A stretch of 24,000 nt of DNA from Candidatus Woesearchaeota archaeon (GCA_038874655.1 JAVZBY010000002.1:1-24000); one strand, 5' to 3'; shown: positions 8,122-17,615, counted from the stretch's first letter. Translations and numbers: made by a program. Notes: generated from the letters alone by a model not told the origin.

Positions 8122-9543
8122 CTAAGGCATTAATGGTAATTGTAAAATAATTAATAATGCTGCAACAATAGAAGTTATTAAAGTTACAAAAAATCCATAT
8201 TTAATCCATGTTTTAAAACCTATATGTTCATAACCCCTTTTTTGTAAAATTCCTAAAGCAACAATATTTGCAGTACTTCCTATGTGTGTTAGATTCCCAA
8301 AAAAAGTTCCTGCAAAAAGCATTATCCACCATAAAGGAAAACCCATAGTAGGATCTAAGGATATTATATCCTTAACAATTGGAACCATAATAGCAACAGC
8401 TAAGACATTATCTAAAACAGCACTTAATAAACCACCAATTATCATAATAATAATAATTGTTTTTATAATATTATCACCTGTAATATTTCTTAAATTTTTG
8501 CTTAAGATATCAATAACACCTGTATATTCTAATGAACCTACAGAAGCAAACAAGAATATAAAAAATACAAGTGTCCACCAATCAACTCGTCTTTCAATTA
8601 ATTCAGCAGCTTTATCTTTTTCAATAAGCATTGCAATTCCAGCTCCAAACATAGCAAAACCTATTAACATAGTATTTTTCTCTAAATGTAGCATTTTTTC
8701 CACATTTGAATGAAAAACCAACCCTAAAAAAATCAAGCCAAATAAAATAGATGATAAAATTAAATTTTCACCCTCCATCATTGTTTCTTGTCTTTTTTTC
8801 TTTTTAGAATGTTTTATTTTATTTTCCAACTCAGATATTTCATTTTTAAAAAATAAAAAAAACAATCCAATAGTTATACTTAAAGCAATAAAACTTATAG
8901 GAGCAGCCCACCTTAGGAAGTCAGAAAAAGTCAAACCCCCATTTAATGCTACCATAACACCAACAGGATTACCAACAACAGTAGCACTACTGCCAATATT
9001 TGTAGCAAAAACAGTCATTAAAATAAAAGGAATTGGATTTAACTTATACTTGTTTGTTAAATGTAGTATAATAGAAACCATAATTATTATAGAAGTTACC
9101 TCGTCAATAATAGCTGCAGAGATTGCTGAAACAAGCATTAAAATTATAATTAATAATTTAGGATTATTCCCTACTTTATTTATTATTTTTCCAATAATAA
9201 ACTCAAAAAATTTGCTTTTTTCTAAAAAACCGACAAAAACCATCATACTAATCAAAAACAAGATTATATCAAAATGTGCAAACTCTAATAAACTTTTTAT
9301 GTCAATAACATTAAATGCCAATAACAATCCAATTCCAACAAAAGCAAATGACAATCTTCTATTCCAAAATAAGAATGTTGTAGATATTAAAACCACAATA
9401 ATCATCATAGAAATTGATTGCTTTGTTTGAAAACCAATAAACTTTGTAAAATAATAAACAAAAAAAACTAATATAAACAGAAAAAGATACTTTTTCCAGT
9501 TTTTACTGATTAAATTTAAATTTTCTTGATATTTTGAAAACAT
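8122..9543 (-). CDS. Ion transporter of the ArsB/NhaD/CitM (IT) superfamily
   Basis: 473 aa multi-pass protein; paired re-entrant signatures TNIGSSATVVGNPVGVMVA and THIGSTANIVALG, plus DEVTSIIIMVSI and DNVLAVAIMVPIV. Confidence 0.85.
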   Translation of the reverse strand: MFSKYQENLNLISKNWKKYLFLFILVFFVYYFTKFIGFQTKQSISMMIIVVLISTTFLFWNRRLSFAFVGIGLLLAFNVIDIKSLLEFAHFDIILFLISMMVFVGFLEKSKFFEFIIGKIINKVGNNPKLLIIILMLVSAISAAIIDEVTSIIIMVSIILHLTNKYKLNPIPFILMTVFATNIGSSATVVGNPVGVMVALNGGLTFSDFLRWAAPISFIALSITIGLFFLFFKNEISELENKIKHSKKKKRQETMMEGENLILSSILFGLIFLGLVFHSNVEKMLHLEKNTMLIGFAMFGAGIAMLIEKDKAAELIERRVDWWTLVFFIFLFASVGSLEYTGVIDILSKNLRNITGDNIIKTIIIIMIIGGLLSAVLDNVLAVAIMVPIVKDIISLDPTMGFPLWWIMLFAGTFFGNLTHIGSTANIVALGILQKRGYEHIGFKTWIKYGFFVTLITSIVAALLIILQLPLMP

Positions 9544-9584
9544 AATACATAAACTATATAAGTAATATAAAAAATTTATTTTTT

Positions 9585-9830
9585 ATGCAACCCCTTCCAA
9601 AAATAGATGTTCATGGTTTAAATTCACAACAAGCATTAGACTTAATTAGATATAACCTTTATGATTTCTATAAAAGAGGCTTTAATGAAGTTTATATTAT
9701 TCATGGTCATGGTAAGGGTATTTTAAAAACAAAAATAAGACAGATGCTTAAAACCTTTAGTTTTGTAAAAAAAATAAAAAGAGCTTCTCAGTATGAAGGA
9801 GGAGATGGTGTTACAATAGTAATTTTTTAA
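9585..9830 (+). CDS. Standalone Smr-domain protein
   Basis: 81 aa; KIDVHGLNSQQALDLI, VYIIHGHGKGILKTKIRQML, GGDGVTIVIF. Confidence 0.88.
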   Translation: MQPLPKIDVHGLNSQQALDLIRYNLYDFYKRGFNEVYIIHGHGKGILKTKIRQMLKTFSFVKKIKRASQYEGGDGVTIVIF

Positions 9831-9882
9831 ATTTATATTAAAATAGCATCAAAATCTTTTTAAATTGGTTAAAATTTCTAAA

Positions 9883-9970
9883 AATATATTTGAAGAATTT
9901 TGAAAGATAAACCTTGTAGAAATACAGGTTTATACTGGAGAATTGCTATAATGCTTTTTCTCCAAATTAT
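9883..9970 (+). ncRNA. Candidate structured RNA (standalone ncRNA or uS15 leader)
   Basis: Hairpin 1: ATAAACCTTGTA(9907-9918)-GAAA-TACAGGTTTAT(9923-9933), 11 bp with one bulge. Hairpin 2: TGGAGAA(9936-9942)/TTCTCCA(9958-9964). Promoter-like AAAATCTTTTTAAA at 9851; no ORF here. Boundaries approximate. Confidence 0.4.
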
Positions 9971-10054
9971 AAAAAAATTATAAAAATATAGATAAAGAAT
10001 AGTTTAAAAATGTGTTTAAGAAATCAAGAAATAAAAAATCAATGAGGTAAGAAA

Positions 10055-10510
10055 ATGGCAAGAATGCATTCAAGAAGAAAAGGTAAATCAGGAAGCAAAA
10101 AACCATCTAAAAAAAGCACATATTCCTGGATGAGTTATAAGCCAAAAGAAATAGAAATGTTAATCATAAAATTAGCAAAAGAAGGAAATACACCATCAAA
10201 AATCGGTTTAATTCTAAGAGACACTTATGGTATTCCAGATGTAAAAGCAATTTTAAAGAAAAATATCTCAGATATTTTAGAGAAAAAAGAATTATTGCCT
10301 AAAGTTCCAGAAAATTTAGCAGCATTATTAAAAAGAGTAATTGACTTACAAAAACACTTGGAAAATAACAAAAAAGACCAAGTTGCAAAAAGAGGTCTAT
10401 TACTTACAGAATCCAAAATAAGAAGACTAGTAAAATATTACAAAAAGACAGGAAAATTACCAGAATCCTGGAACTATGATCCAGCAAGAGTAAAATTATT
10501 AATTGAATAA
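10055..10510 (+). CDS. rps15: Small ribosomal subunit protein uS15 (archaeal)
   Basis: MARMHSRRKGKSGSKKPSKK, KEGNTPSKIGLILRDTYGIPDVKAI, ESKIRRLVKYYKKTGKLPESWNYDP; GAGGTAAG ribosome binding site. Confidence 0.97.
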   Translation: MARMHSRRKGKSGSKKPSKKSTYSWMSYKPKEIEMLIIKLAKEGNTPSKIGLILRDTYGIPDVKAILKKNISDILEKKELLPKVPENLAALLKRVIDLQKHLENNKKDQVAKRGLLLTESKIRRLVKYYKKTGKLPESWNYDPARVKLLIE

Positions 10511-10520
10511 ACTTAAACAA

Positions 10521-11924
10521 ATGGTTTATTCAAATTTTTTTTCTTTTCTTAAAGAAGTTTCTGAAAAATTTAAAAAAATAGACAAATCTGAAACTATAAG
10601 ATTAATAAGCCATCATGATGCAGATGGTATTTGCTCAGCTTCTATAATGATTAGAGCATTAGAAAATGAAAACTACAAATATAATTTGTCTATAATAAAA
10701 CAATTAACAGAAATAGAATTAAAACAATATCAAAATGAAAATTACAATAACTATGTTTTTACAGATTTGGGTTCTGGGCAATATAATTTAATAAAAAAAT
10801 ATCTTGCTAAAAAAACAATTTTTATTTTTGACCATCACACTTTTGATTTAAATTTATTGAAAAATAATTCTGAAAATATAATAATGGTTAATCCTCATAT
10901 GTTTAATATTGATGGTTCAAGTGAAATATCAGGCTCAGGTGTTACCTATTTATTTGCACAAACCCTAAATGAAAAAAACAAAGAATTAAGTTATTTAGCA
11001 ATAATTGGTTCACTTGGGGATGTTCAAGAAAGTAATGGCTTTACCTCATTAAATAAATATATTTTGGATATAGCAATAAATCAAGGCAAAATAAAAATTG
11101 AAAAAAATTTAAAGTATTATGGTTTGGAAACAAAACCTATATATTATTTGTTAGCATATGGAGATATTTATATTCCTAATATATCAGGTAAGGAAAGCAA
11201 TGCAATACAATTTTTGAATGAGATTGGTATTGAACCAAAAATAAATGGTAAATGGAAAAAATTCAATGATTTAAATGAAAAAGAAAAAAAGCAATTAATA
11301 AGTTCAATCATAATAAAAAGAGGCTCACTTCAAGAACCTGAGAATATTATAGGAAACAGATATTTATTAGTTGATGAGCCAGAATCAAGTTCGTTAAGAG
11401 ATTTAAAAGAATTTGCTACATTAATAAATGCATGTGGCAGACTTGAAAAAGCTTCTTTGGGCATTGGTTTATGTTTAAATAATCCAGAATTGAAAAAAAA
11501 AGCATTACAATTACAAGATGAATATAAAAAAGAAATAATAAATGCCCTAAATTGGTATGAAAAAAACAATTCTCAACACATAATAAAATCAGAAAAATAC
11601 ATTATAATTAATGCAAAAAATAACATTATGCCTTCTATAATTGGGACAATAGCTTCTATTATCTCAAACTCAGATATTCCAATTGGAACATTAGTTTTAG
11701 CATTAGCATATGATAATGATTCAATAAAAGCATCTCTTAGAATAAAAACATCGCCTGAAAAAAAAGAAACCCTAAATTTAAGAGACTTTTTAGTAAAGCT
11801 TTCTGAAAAGACGGGTTGTCAAGCAGGTGGTCATAAAAACGCAGCAGGTGCTATTATTCCAAAGGAAAAAGAGCAATTATTTATAGATGAATTTATTAAA
11901 CTTATAGAACTTGAGAATTCATAA
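10521..11924 (+). CDS. RecJ-like DHH-family phosphoesterase/exonuclease
   Basis: LISHHDADGICSASIMIRAL, VFTDLGSG, IFDHHTFD, C-terminal TGCQAGGHKNAAGAIIP (DHHA1). The track uses TTG 10503; ATG 10521 preferred. Confidence 0.88.
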   Translation: MVYSNFFSFLKEVSEKFKKIDKSETIRLISHHDADGICSASIMIRALENENYKYNLSIIKQLTEIELKQYQNENYNNYVFTDLGSGQYNLIKKYLAKKTIFIFDHHTFDLNLLKNNSENIIMVNPHMFNIDGSSEISGSGVTYLFAQTLNEKNKELSYLAIIGSLGDVQESNGFTSLNKYILDIAINQGKIKIEKNLKYYGLETKPIYYLLAYGDIYIPNISGKESNAIQFLNEIGIEPKINGKWKKFNDLNEKEKKQLISSIIIKRGSLQEPENIIGNRYLLVDEPESSSLRDLKEFATLINACGRLEKASLGIGLCLNNPELKKKALQLQDEYKKEIINALNWYEKNNSQHIIKSEKYIIINAKNNIMPSIIGTIASIISNSDIPIGTLVLALAYDNDSIKASLRIKTSPEKKETLNLRDFLVKLSEKTGCQAGGHKNAAGAIIPKEKEQLFIDEFIKLIELENS

Positions 11925-11978
11925 AAAACATTATAAAAAATAAAAAAATTTTTAAAAATTAACTAAAAATCAAAAAAA

Positions 11979-12719
11979 TTAATTATCCTTATTTTTCTCT
12001 ACAGCTTTCTCTTTAGTTTCTTCTTTGTTTTCTTCTTTAATTTCTTCTTTTATTTCTTCTTCATTTTCTTTTTTCTTTTTAGCTTTTAACTCAGATCTTT
12101 TTTTAGGCATTTCTGTTTCTTTAACTACTTTATTTTTTTCTTCTTCTAAAATTCTTATTTCTAAATTCTTTAGTGGATATATTTTATTTAACTTATCTCT
12201 TAACTCTTTCTGTAAGATATATTTAACAACACTTGAAAAGACAGTTTCATAATCATTTTTATTTACAAAATTTATAATTTCAGTTCTTAACATCATTCTT
12301 ATGTTATATTGTATTGTCTTTGAAACTTTGCTTCTTGTTAAAGCTAAGGGCTTTACTCTTAATAATTTATCATCTTTTGTTCTTACTACAATAGAATCAT
12401 CAATTCTAGACATATTTCTTCTTACTAATCTTTTAATTGTTGATTGTGAAAAATAATATCCAATTATTCTTGTTTCTAATTTGTTTTCATTTGCATTTAT
12501 AATCTCAAATTTTACATCTACAGTTTGACTTTTAATATCTCCTGTTAACTGCATCAAATTAACTTTTACAGTTCTTCCTACGCATGAATTTGGATCTTCA
12601 ACATAAGTTTCTCCAATTTCAACACTTCCCATGTTTTTTGGGGAGAATATTTTAATCCAACTCTTCTTTTTTATTTTACCTACGCTTTTTGATTTTTTTT
12701 GCATTTCACTTTTTGCCAT
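11979..12719 (-). CDS. rps3ae: Small ribosomal subunit protein eS1 (S3Ae) with Lys/Glu-rich C-terminal tail
   Basis: WIKIFSPKNMGSVEIGETYVEDPNSCVGRTVKVNLMQLTGD, RLVRRNMSRIDDSIVVRTKDDKLLRVKPLALTRSKVS, KIYPLKNLEIRI. Confidence 0.93.
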   Translation of the reverse strand: MAKSEMQKKSKSVGKIKKKSWIKIFSPKNMGSVEIGETYVEDPNSCVGRTVKVNLMQLTGDIKSQTVDVKFEIINANENKLETRIIGYYFSQSTIKRLVRRNMSRIDDSIVVRTKDDKLLRVKPLALTRSKVSKTIQYNIRMMLRTEIINFVNKNDYETVFSSVVKYILQKELRDKLNKIYPLKNLEIRILEEEKNKVVKETEMPKKRSELKAKKKKENEEEIKEEIKEENKEETKEKAVEKNKDN

Positions 12720-12840
12720 GTTTGTTTGAATTTAATTTTTATTTATAAATATTTCTTTTGAAACCCGATTTTTTAGATAAAAATTTAAATTAATACATTT
12801 TACACAAATTATTTCTCACATAAAAAATAAAAATAAAAAA

Positions 12841-13458
12841 ATGTTAGAAAAAGCATTATTTAGAAAGCATACAAAATTGTTTTTATACATGTCTGTTAGG
12901 CAATATTTTAGTCAGAAAGAATTAATAATCTTTTCTTTATCTCATAGGGAATTTAAAGACAAGGATTCAATAGAAAATAAAGGACAATTTTTAGACAAAC
13001 TTATTAATTTAGGCATAATAAAAAAATACAAATATAAAGATTTTATAAAAAAATATCCTGAAAAAATAAGAGCAGCTTCTATAGCGTATCAAAAATCACA
13101 TGAGAGAAAAAGAATAATTTTAGAGTTTAAAATTGAACAATTCTTAGCTCTTGATTTTCCATTCATAAAAAAAATAAAAAATTTTGAATTGCCTTTTAAA
13201 GAATATATTAATCAATTTTATGATATAAATACAAATAAACTGCATAAAAATCTTAATTATTCCATTAAAGAATTAATTACCTTTTTTTTATATGGCTGTT
13301 CTCTTGCAAAAATCTACTTTACAAAATATGAAAAAATTTTAAACCAACTGAAAAAAATAAAATATCATACAACTTTAGAAAACTTAAATAAGGATAGTCT
13401 TTTTTTTATAAAAATTGCTCAAGAACAGATGGAATCAAAATTAAAAAATTCTTTTTAA
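12841..13458 (+). CDS. Hypothetical protein, 205 aa, no family recognised
   Basis: Full-length ORF with its own intergenic region; MLEKALFRKHTKLFLYMSVRQYFSQKELIIFSLSHREF... Confidence 0.6.
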   Translation: MLEKALFRKHTKLFLYMSVRQYFSQKELIIFSLSHREFKDKDSIENKGQFLDKLINLGIIKKYKYKDFIKKYPEKIRAASIAYQKSHERKRIILEFKIEQFLALDFPFIKKIKNFELPFKEYINQFYDINTNKLHKNLNYSIKELITFFLYGCSLAKIYFTKYEKILNQLKKIKYHTTLENLNKDSLFFIKIAQEQMESKLKNSF

Positions 13459-13471
13459 AAAATATATGTTT

Positions 13472-14764
13472 TTAATTTTTTATCTCTTTTTTATGACTTT
13501 GTTTATGTGATATTTCTTTTAAATTAGTCTTTAAATTATTATTTTCTTTATTATCATTATTATTATTTTTCAAAATAAAATAATCATATATAAATACTAA
13601 TACAGAGCTTAAAATTATAGAGAATAATATTGAGGATAATGTAATCATTATAAGATTATTAACCTCTTTGAATTGAGAAAAAAATTCTGATTTTAATGTC
13701 AATTGCGCTAAAACAGCTGGAGCCAATCCTTTTGGAGTTAAAATATTCATAAAGGTTCTATCTCTATTACTTATCTCTTTTGGCACAGAAATCTTGACAA
13801 TGTAAGGTCTTGTTATTGCAATTAAAATAGTAATTAAAAGTCCAATTAATAATAATACTATATTTGAGAAACTTATAATAATTCCCAAATAAACAAAGAA
13901 AAACACTTTCAAGAAAAATGATATTTCTGAATAAAAATTTTTTTCTGACTCATGTATAGAATATTCAGGTTCTTTACCAAAAAAAGTAAAAATTTTTTTA
14001 AAATTGCCTAAAAATATTCCAAAAGATAAAATTGCAATTGCACCATTTGCTTTAAAAAATTCAGCAAAAACATAAATTAAAATCATGTAAGCAATACTTA
14101 TCATATATGCTTTGTTAATTTGTTGAAATTTTTGTCTCAAAGCAATCCATAACCAGCCAGAGATAAAACCGATCATTAACGCAATAAAAAAAGTGCTTAA
14201 AATACTAACTATCGTATTAACAAAATCAAAATGATTAATCTTTATAATTTCTGCTATTGTTATTGCCCCAACTATACATAAAACATCTGTTATTGTTGAT
14301 TCTAAAGTTAATATTAAAGTGCTTTCATTATTTAATTTTAATAATTTTGTCATAGGTATTACAACAGCACTTGAAGTGCCTCCTAAAATTGCACCTAATA
14401 AAATAGATAAATGCAATGGATATCCAAAAATAACCATAACAATACTAACAATGACAATATTGCTTAAAAAAAATAAAAAAGCCAACTTAGTTCCAGGATA
14501 GGCTGTTTTTAAAAAATCATTTAATCTTATTGATAAACTACCTTCAAAAATAATAAGTATTAAAGCTAATGTAATAAAAATAGGTTCAATTGCACTAAAA
14601 GATTCTGCCTTAATAAAACCTAAAATCGGGCCTAACAAAATACCTAATAAAAACAAAAGTAAAACATCAGGAATATGTGTTTTATCAAAAAAATACTCAG
14701 CTAAAAATCCAATAATAATAACCAAACTAAAACCAACTAAGCTTAATAATAAATTTGATTCCAT
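13472..14764 (-). CDS. Cation/proton antiporter, CPA (NhaP-like) family
   Basis: 430 aa; HIPDVLLLFLLGILLGPILG, LALILIIFEGSL, LLGAILGGTSSAVVIPMTKLL, EFFKANGAIAILSFGIFLGN. Confidence 0.87.
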   Translation of the reverse strand: MESNLLLSLVGFSLVIIIGFLAEYFFDKTHIPDVLLLFLLGILLGPILGFIKAESFSAIEPIFITLALILIIFEGSLSIRLNDFLKTAYPGTKLAFLFFLSNIVIVSIVMVIFGYPLHLSILLGAILGGTSSAVVIPMTKLLKLNNESTLILTLESTITDVLCIVGAITIAEIIKINHFDFVNTIVSILSTFFIALMIGFISGWLWIALRQKFQQINKAYMISIAYMILIYVFAEFFKANGAIAILSFGIFLGNFKKIFTFFGKEPEYSIHESEKNFYSEISFFLKVFFFVYLGIIISFSNIVLLLIGLLITILIAITRPYIVKISVPKEISNRDRTFMNILTPKGLAPAVLAQLTLKSEFFSQFKEVNNLIMITLSSILFSIILSSVLVFIYDYFILKNNNNDNKENNNLKTNLKEISHKQSHKKEIKN

Positions 14765-14995
14765 TAATAAAAAACAAAAGTCTTCTTTTTAAATTTTTTA
14801 TGTTTTTTATTTTGAATTTTATTATTTATGAGTTTAATTAAATTGGATATTAAACTTTTAATATAAAAATAAGAAATAATATATTAAAAAATCATATATT
14901 AGTCTTATATTAAAAAGATAAAATCTGATATTATATAATTGTAAAAAAAGTTAAAAACCTATAATTTTTTATTCAATAGAATTTTTTTAATTTTA

Positions 14996-15610
14996 ATGTC
15001 ACTTTTAAAATATAATCAACTACTTAACTTTAATGATGAAAAAGATTTTCTAAAAAAAGAATTATCCTTCATAGATAAAATATTACCTTCTATAAAAAAA
15101 AATTTTATCCTTAAAATTTTAATATTTATTTTGATTTTGATTATGCTATATAAATATCATAAATTCTTTATAATAATTATTTCTATTTTGTTAATACAAT
15201 ATATAAAATTTAAAAGGACAAAACACGGAATTAATTTTGAGATAGAACCTTCTTATTTAATAGCATTAGCAATAACCTTAACATATGGTTTAGAATATGG
15301 AGTGATATTTATAATACTACCCCTAGTTTTATCTTTTTCAGGATTTAATATAGGTGTAATAGTTAATTTTTCAAATAAATTAATTTTTATAATTTCTGTT
15401 TATTTATATTGGACCTTTACAAAAAATATATTCTTTTTAACATATTTTGCCATATTTATTGTTATTTTAACTGATGTTATAGGTTTTTTTATAAGAAAGA
15501 GATTTGGACAAAATTTATTAGAAATATTACAAGTGGTTTTAACAAACTCTATAATAAGATGGATTTACTTTTCTTTTTTTCTAAATTTAATAATTAATAT
15601 AATTAAATAA
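14996..15610 (+). CDS. Small multi-pass membrane protein, unknown function
   Basis: 204 aa with several hydrophobic spans; clean ATG; not antisense to another gene. Confidence 0.65.
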   Translation: MSLLKYNQLLNFNDEKDFLKKELSFIDKILPSIKKNFILKILIFILILIMLYKYHKFFIIIISILLIQYIKFKRTKHGINFEIEPSYLIALAITLTYGLEYGVIFIILPLVLSFSGFNIGVIVNFSNKLIFIISVYLYWTFTKNIFFLTYFAIFIVILTDVIGFFIRKRFGQNLLEILQVVLTNSIIRWIYFSFFLNLIINIIK

Positions 15611-15681
15611 AAATTTAATAAAAAATAAACAAAAGAATAAATAAAAATGAAGTAGATAAAGAATGATTTTTTTAAAATATT

Positions 15682-15711
15682 AAGTAATTAAATAAAAAGT
15701 AATTAAATAAA
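15682..15711. repeat. Perfect tandem duplication of a 15-bp unit (AAGTAATTAAATAAA x2)
   Basis: Read directly at 15682-15696 and 15697-15711, immediately downstream of the gyrB stop. Confidence 0.8.
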
Positions 15712-15716
15712 ACTAT

Positions 15717-17615
15717 TTAAATATCCAAATTAACAACTTTTATTGCATTTTCTTGTATGAATTTTCTTCTTGGTTCTACTTCTTCTCCCATCAATTCTGT
15801 AAATGCTTTTTCAGCTTCAAAAGCATCTTCAATTGTTATTTTTTTCAAATATCTAGTACTAGGATCCATTGTTGTTTCCCATAATTGTTCTGGATTCATT
15901 TCACCTAATCCTTTATATCTCTGAATCACAATTCCTTGTTTTCCGTCTTTTTCCAATTCTTTTAATATCTTTTCTTTTTCAACATCATCTTTAGCATAAA
16001 CAGAGAACTTTCCTTTTTTTATTTTATACAATGGAGGTAATGCTAAATAAACATGTCCTTTTTCAATTAGCTGTCTCATATATCTAAAAAAGAAAGTTAA
16101 TAATAAAATTGCAATATGGCTTCCATCAACATCACTATCTGTCATAATAATAATTTTATGATATCTTAATTTTGAAATGTCAAATTCTTCTTCAATTCCA
16201 GTTCCTAATGCAGTAATTATATTAACAATCTCTTCATTTTTCAAAACTTTTACTAATCTTGATTTTTCAACATTTAAAACTTTACCTCTCAAAGGAAGTA
16301 TTGCCTGAAATTCTCTATTTCTTGCTTGTTTAGCACTGCCACCAGCAGAATCTCCTTCAACTAAAAATAATTCACATTTTCTTGCATCTTTTTCAGAGCA
16401 ATCAGCTAACTTTCCTGGCAAAGTTGATCCTTCTAATACATTTTTTCTTCTTACTAATTCTTTTGCTTTTCTTGCAGCTTCTCTTGCTTTAGCAGCACTT
16501 ACAACTTTCTCTATAATTACATTAACAGTTTTTGGATTTTCTTCAAAAAAAGTGCTTAATGATTCAAAAACAGCAGAATCTACAATTCCTTTAACATCAG
16601 AATTTCCTAATTTTGTTTTAGTTTGACCCTCAAACTGAGGTTCTGGAACTTTTACTGAAATAACAGCAGTTAAACCTTCTTTAATATCCTCGCTGTTTAA
16701 AGCTATTTCATCTTTATTTTTCACAATTTTCTCATAAAAATTATTTATGACTCTTGTTAAAGCAGTTTTAAAACCTGATAAATGTGTTCCACCTTCAACA
16801 GTATTTATATTATTAACAAAAGACAAAACATTTTCACTATAGCCATTATTGTATTGTAAAGCACCTTCTACAATAATATTATTTTTTGTTTTTTCAAAAA
16901 AAATGACAGGATGTAATTTTGTTTTTTCACTATTTAGATATTCAACAAAAGAAATCAAGCCACCTTCATAATGAAATTTTTCATTTTCATTTGTTCTTTC
17001 ATCAAATAATTCAATTACAATTCCTTTGTTTAAAAAAGCTAATTCCCTTAACCTTGTTGCAACAGTTTCATAATTAAATTCTGTTTCTGTGAAAATTTCA
17101 TTATCAGGAAGAAAACTAACACTAGTTCCAGTTTCATTAGTTTCACCAATTATTTGCAATTCTGTTAATGGATGACCTCTTGAATATTTTTGTTGAAAAA
17201 TTTTTCCATCTCTCTTTATTTCAATAGTCAATTCTTTTGAAAGTGCATTTACAACTGACAAACCAACACCATGCAAGCCGCCAGAAACTTTGTAAATATT
17301 TTTATCAAATTTTCCACCAGAATGTAATGTTGTTAATATCACTTCAACAGCAGGTTTATTATATTTTGGATGATTATCAACAGGAATGCCTCTACCATCA
17401 TCTATAATTGAAGCTTTTCCATCTTTATGTAAAATCACTTTAATATTTTTACAAAAACCAGCCATTGCTTCATCAATACTATTATCAACAATCTCATAAA
17501 TTAAATGATGTAAACCTCTACTTCCAGTAGAACCAATATACATGCCAGGTCTTTTTCTGATAGCTTCTAAACTAGCTAAAACAGTAATATCTTTTGCTGA
17601 ATAACTACTTGTCAT
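15717..17615 (-). CDS. gyrB: DNA gyrase subunit B
   Basis: 632 aa; LEAIRKRPGMYIGSTGSRGLHHLIYEIVDNSIDEA, DDGRGIPVD, GGLHGVGLSVVNALS, LFLVEGDSAGGSAKQARNREFQAILPLRGKVLNVEK, IIMTDSDVDGSHIAILLLTFFFR, QRYKGLGEMNPEQLWETTMDP. Confidence 0.97.
   Translation of the reverse strand: MTSSYSAKDITVLASLEAIRKRPGMYIGSTGSRGLHHLIYEIVDNSIDEAMAGFCKNIKVILHKDGKASIIDDGRGIPVDNHPKYNKPAVEVILTTLHSGGKFDKNIYKVSGGLHGVGLSVVNALSKELTIEIKRDGKIFQQKYSRGHPLTELQIIGETNETGTSVSFLPDNEIFTETEFNYETVATRLRELAFLNKGIVIELFDERTNENEKFHYEGGLISFVEYLNSEKTKLHPVIFFEKTKNNIIVEGALQYNNGYSENVLSFVNNINTVEGGTHLSGFKTALTRVINNFYEKIVKNKDEIALNSEDIKEGLTAVISVKVPEPQFEGQTKTKLGNSDVKGIVDSAVFESLSTFFEENPKTVNVIIEKVVSAAKAREAARKAKELVRRKNVLEGSTLPGKLADCSEKDARKCELFLVEGDSAGGSAKQARNREFQAILPLRGKVLNVEKSRLVKVLKNEEIVNIITALGTGIEEEFDISKLRYHKIIIMTDSDVDGSHIAILLLTFFFRYMRQLIEKGHVYLALPPLYKIKKGKFSVYAKDDVEKEKILKELEKDGKQGIVIQRYKGLGEMNPEQLWETTMDPSTRYLKKITIEDAFEAEKAFTELMGEEVEPRRKFIQENAIKVVNLDI

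Noticed and set aside
8282-8713. 143-aa + strand ORF
   Set aside because: Fully antisense to the well-supported transporter gene 8122..9543; composition is a mirror of TM codons; no family signature.
9050-9430. 126-aa + strand ORF
   Set aside because: Antisense to the same transporter gene; low-complexity Ile/Asn-rich product.
10225-11569. - strand ORFs 10225..10416 and 11330..11569
   Set aside because: Antisense to uS15 and the RecJ-like gene respectively; no signatures.
12025-12252. 75-aa + strand ORF starting MFSSLISSFISSSFSFFF
   Set aside because: Antisense reading of the Lys/Glu-rich eS1 tail.
14319-14501. 60-aa + strand ORF
   Set aside because: Antisense to the antiporter gene.
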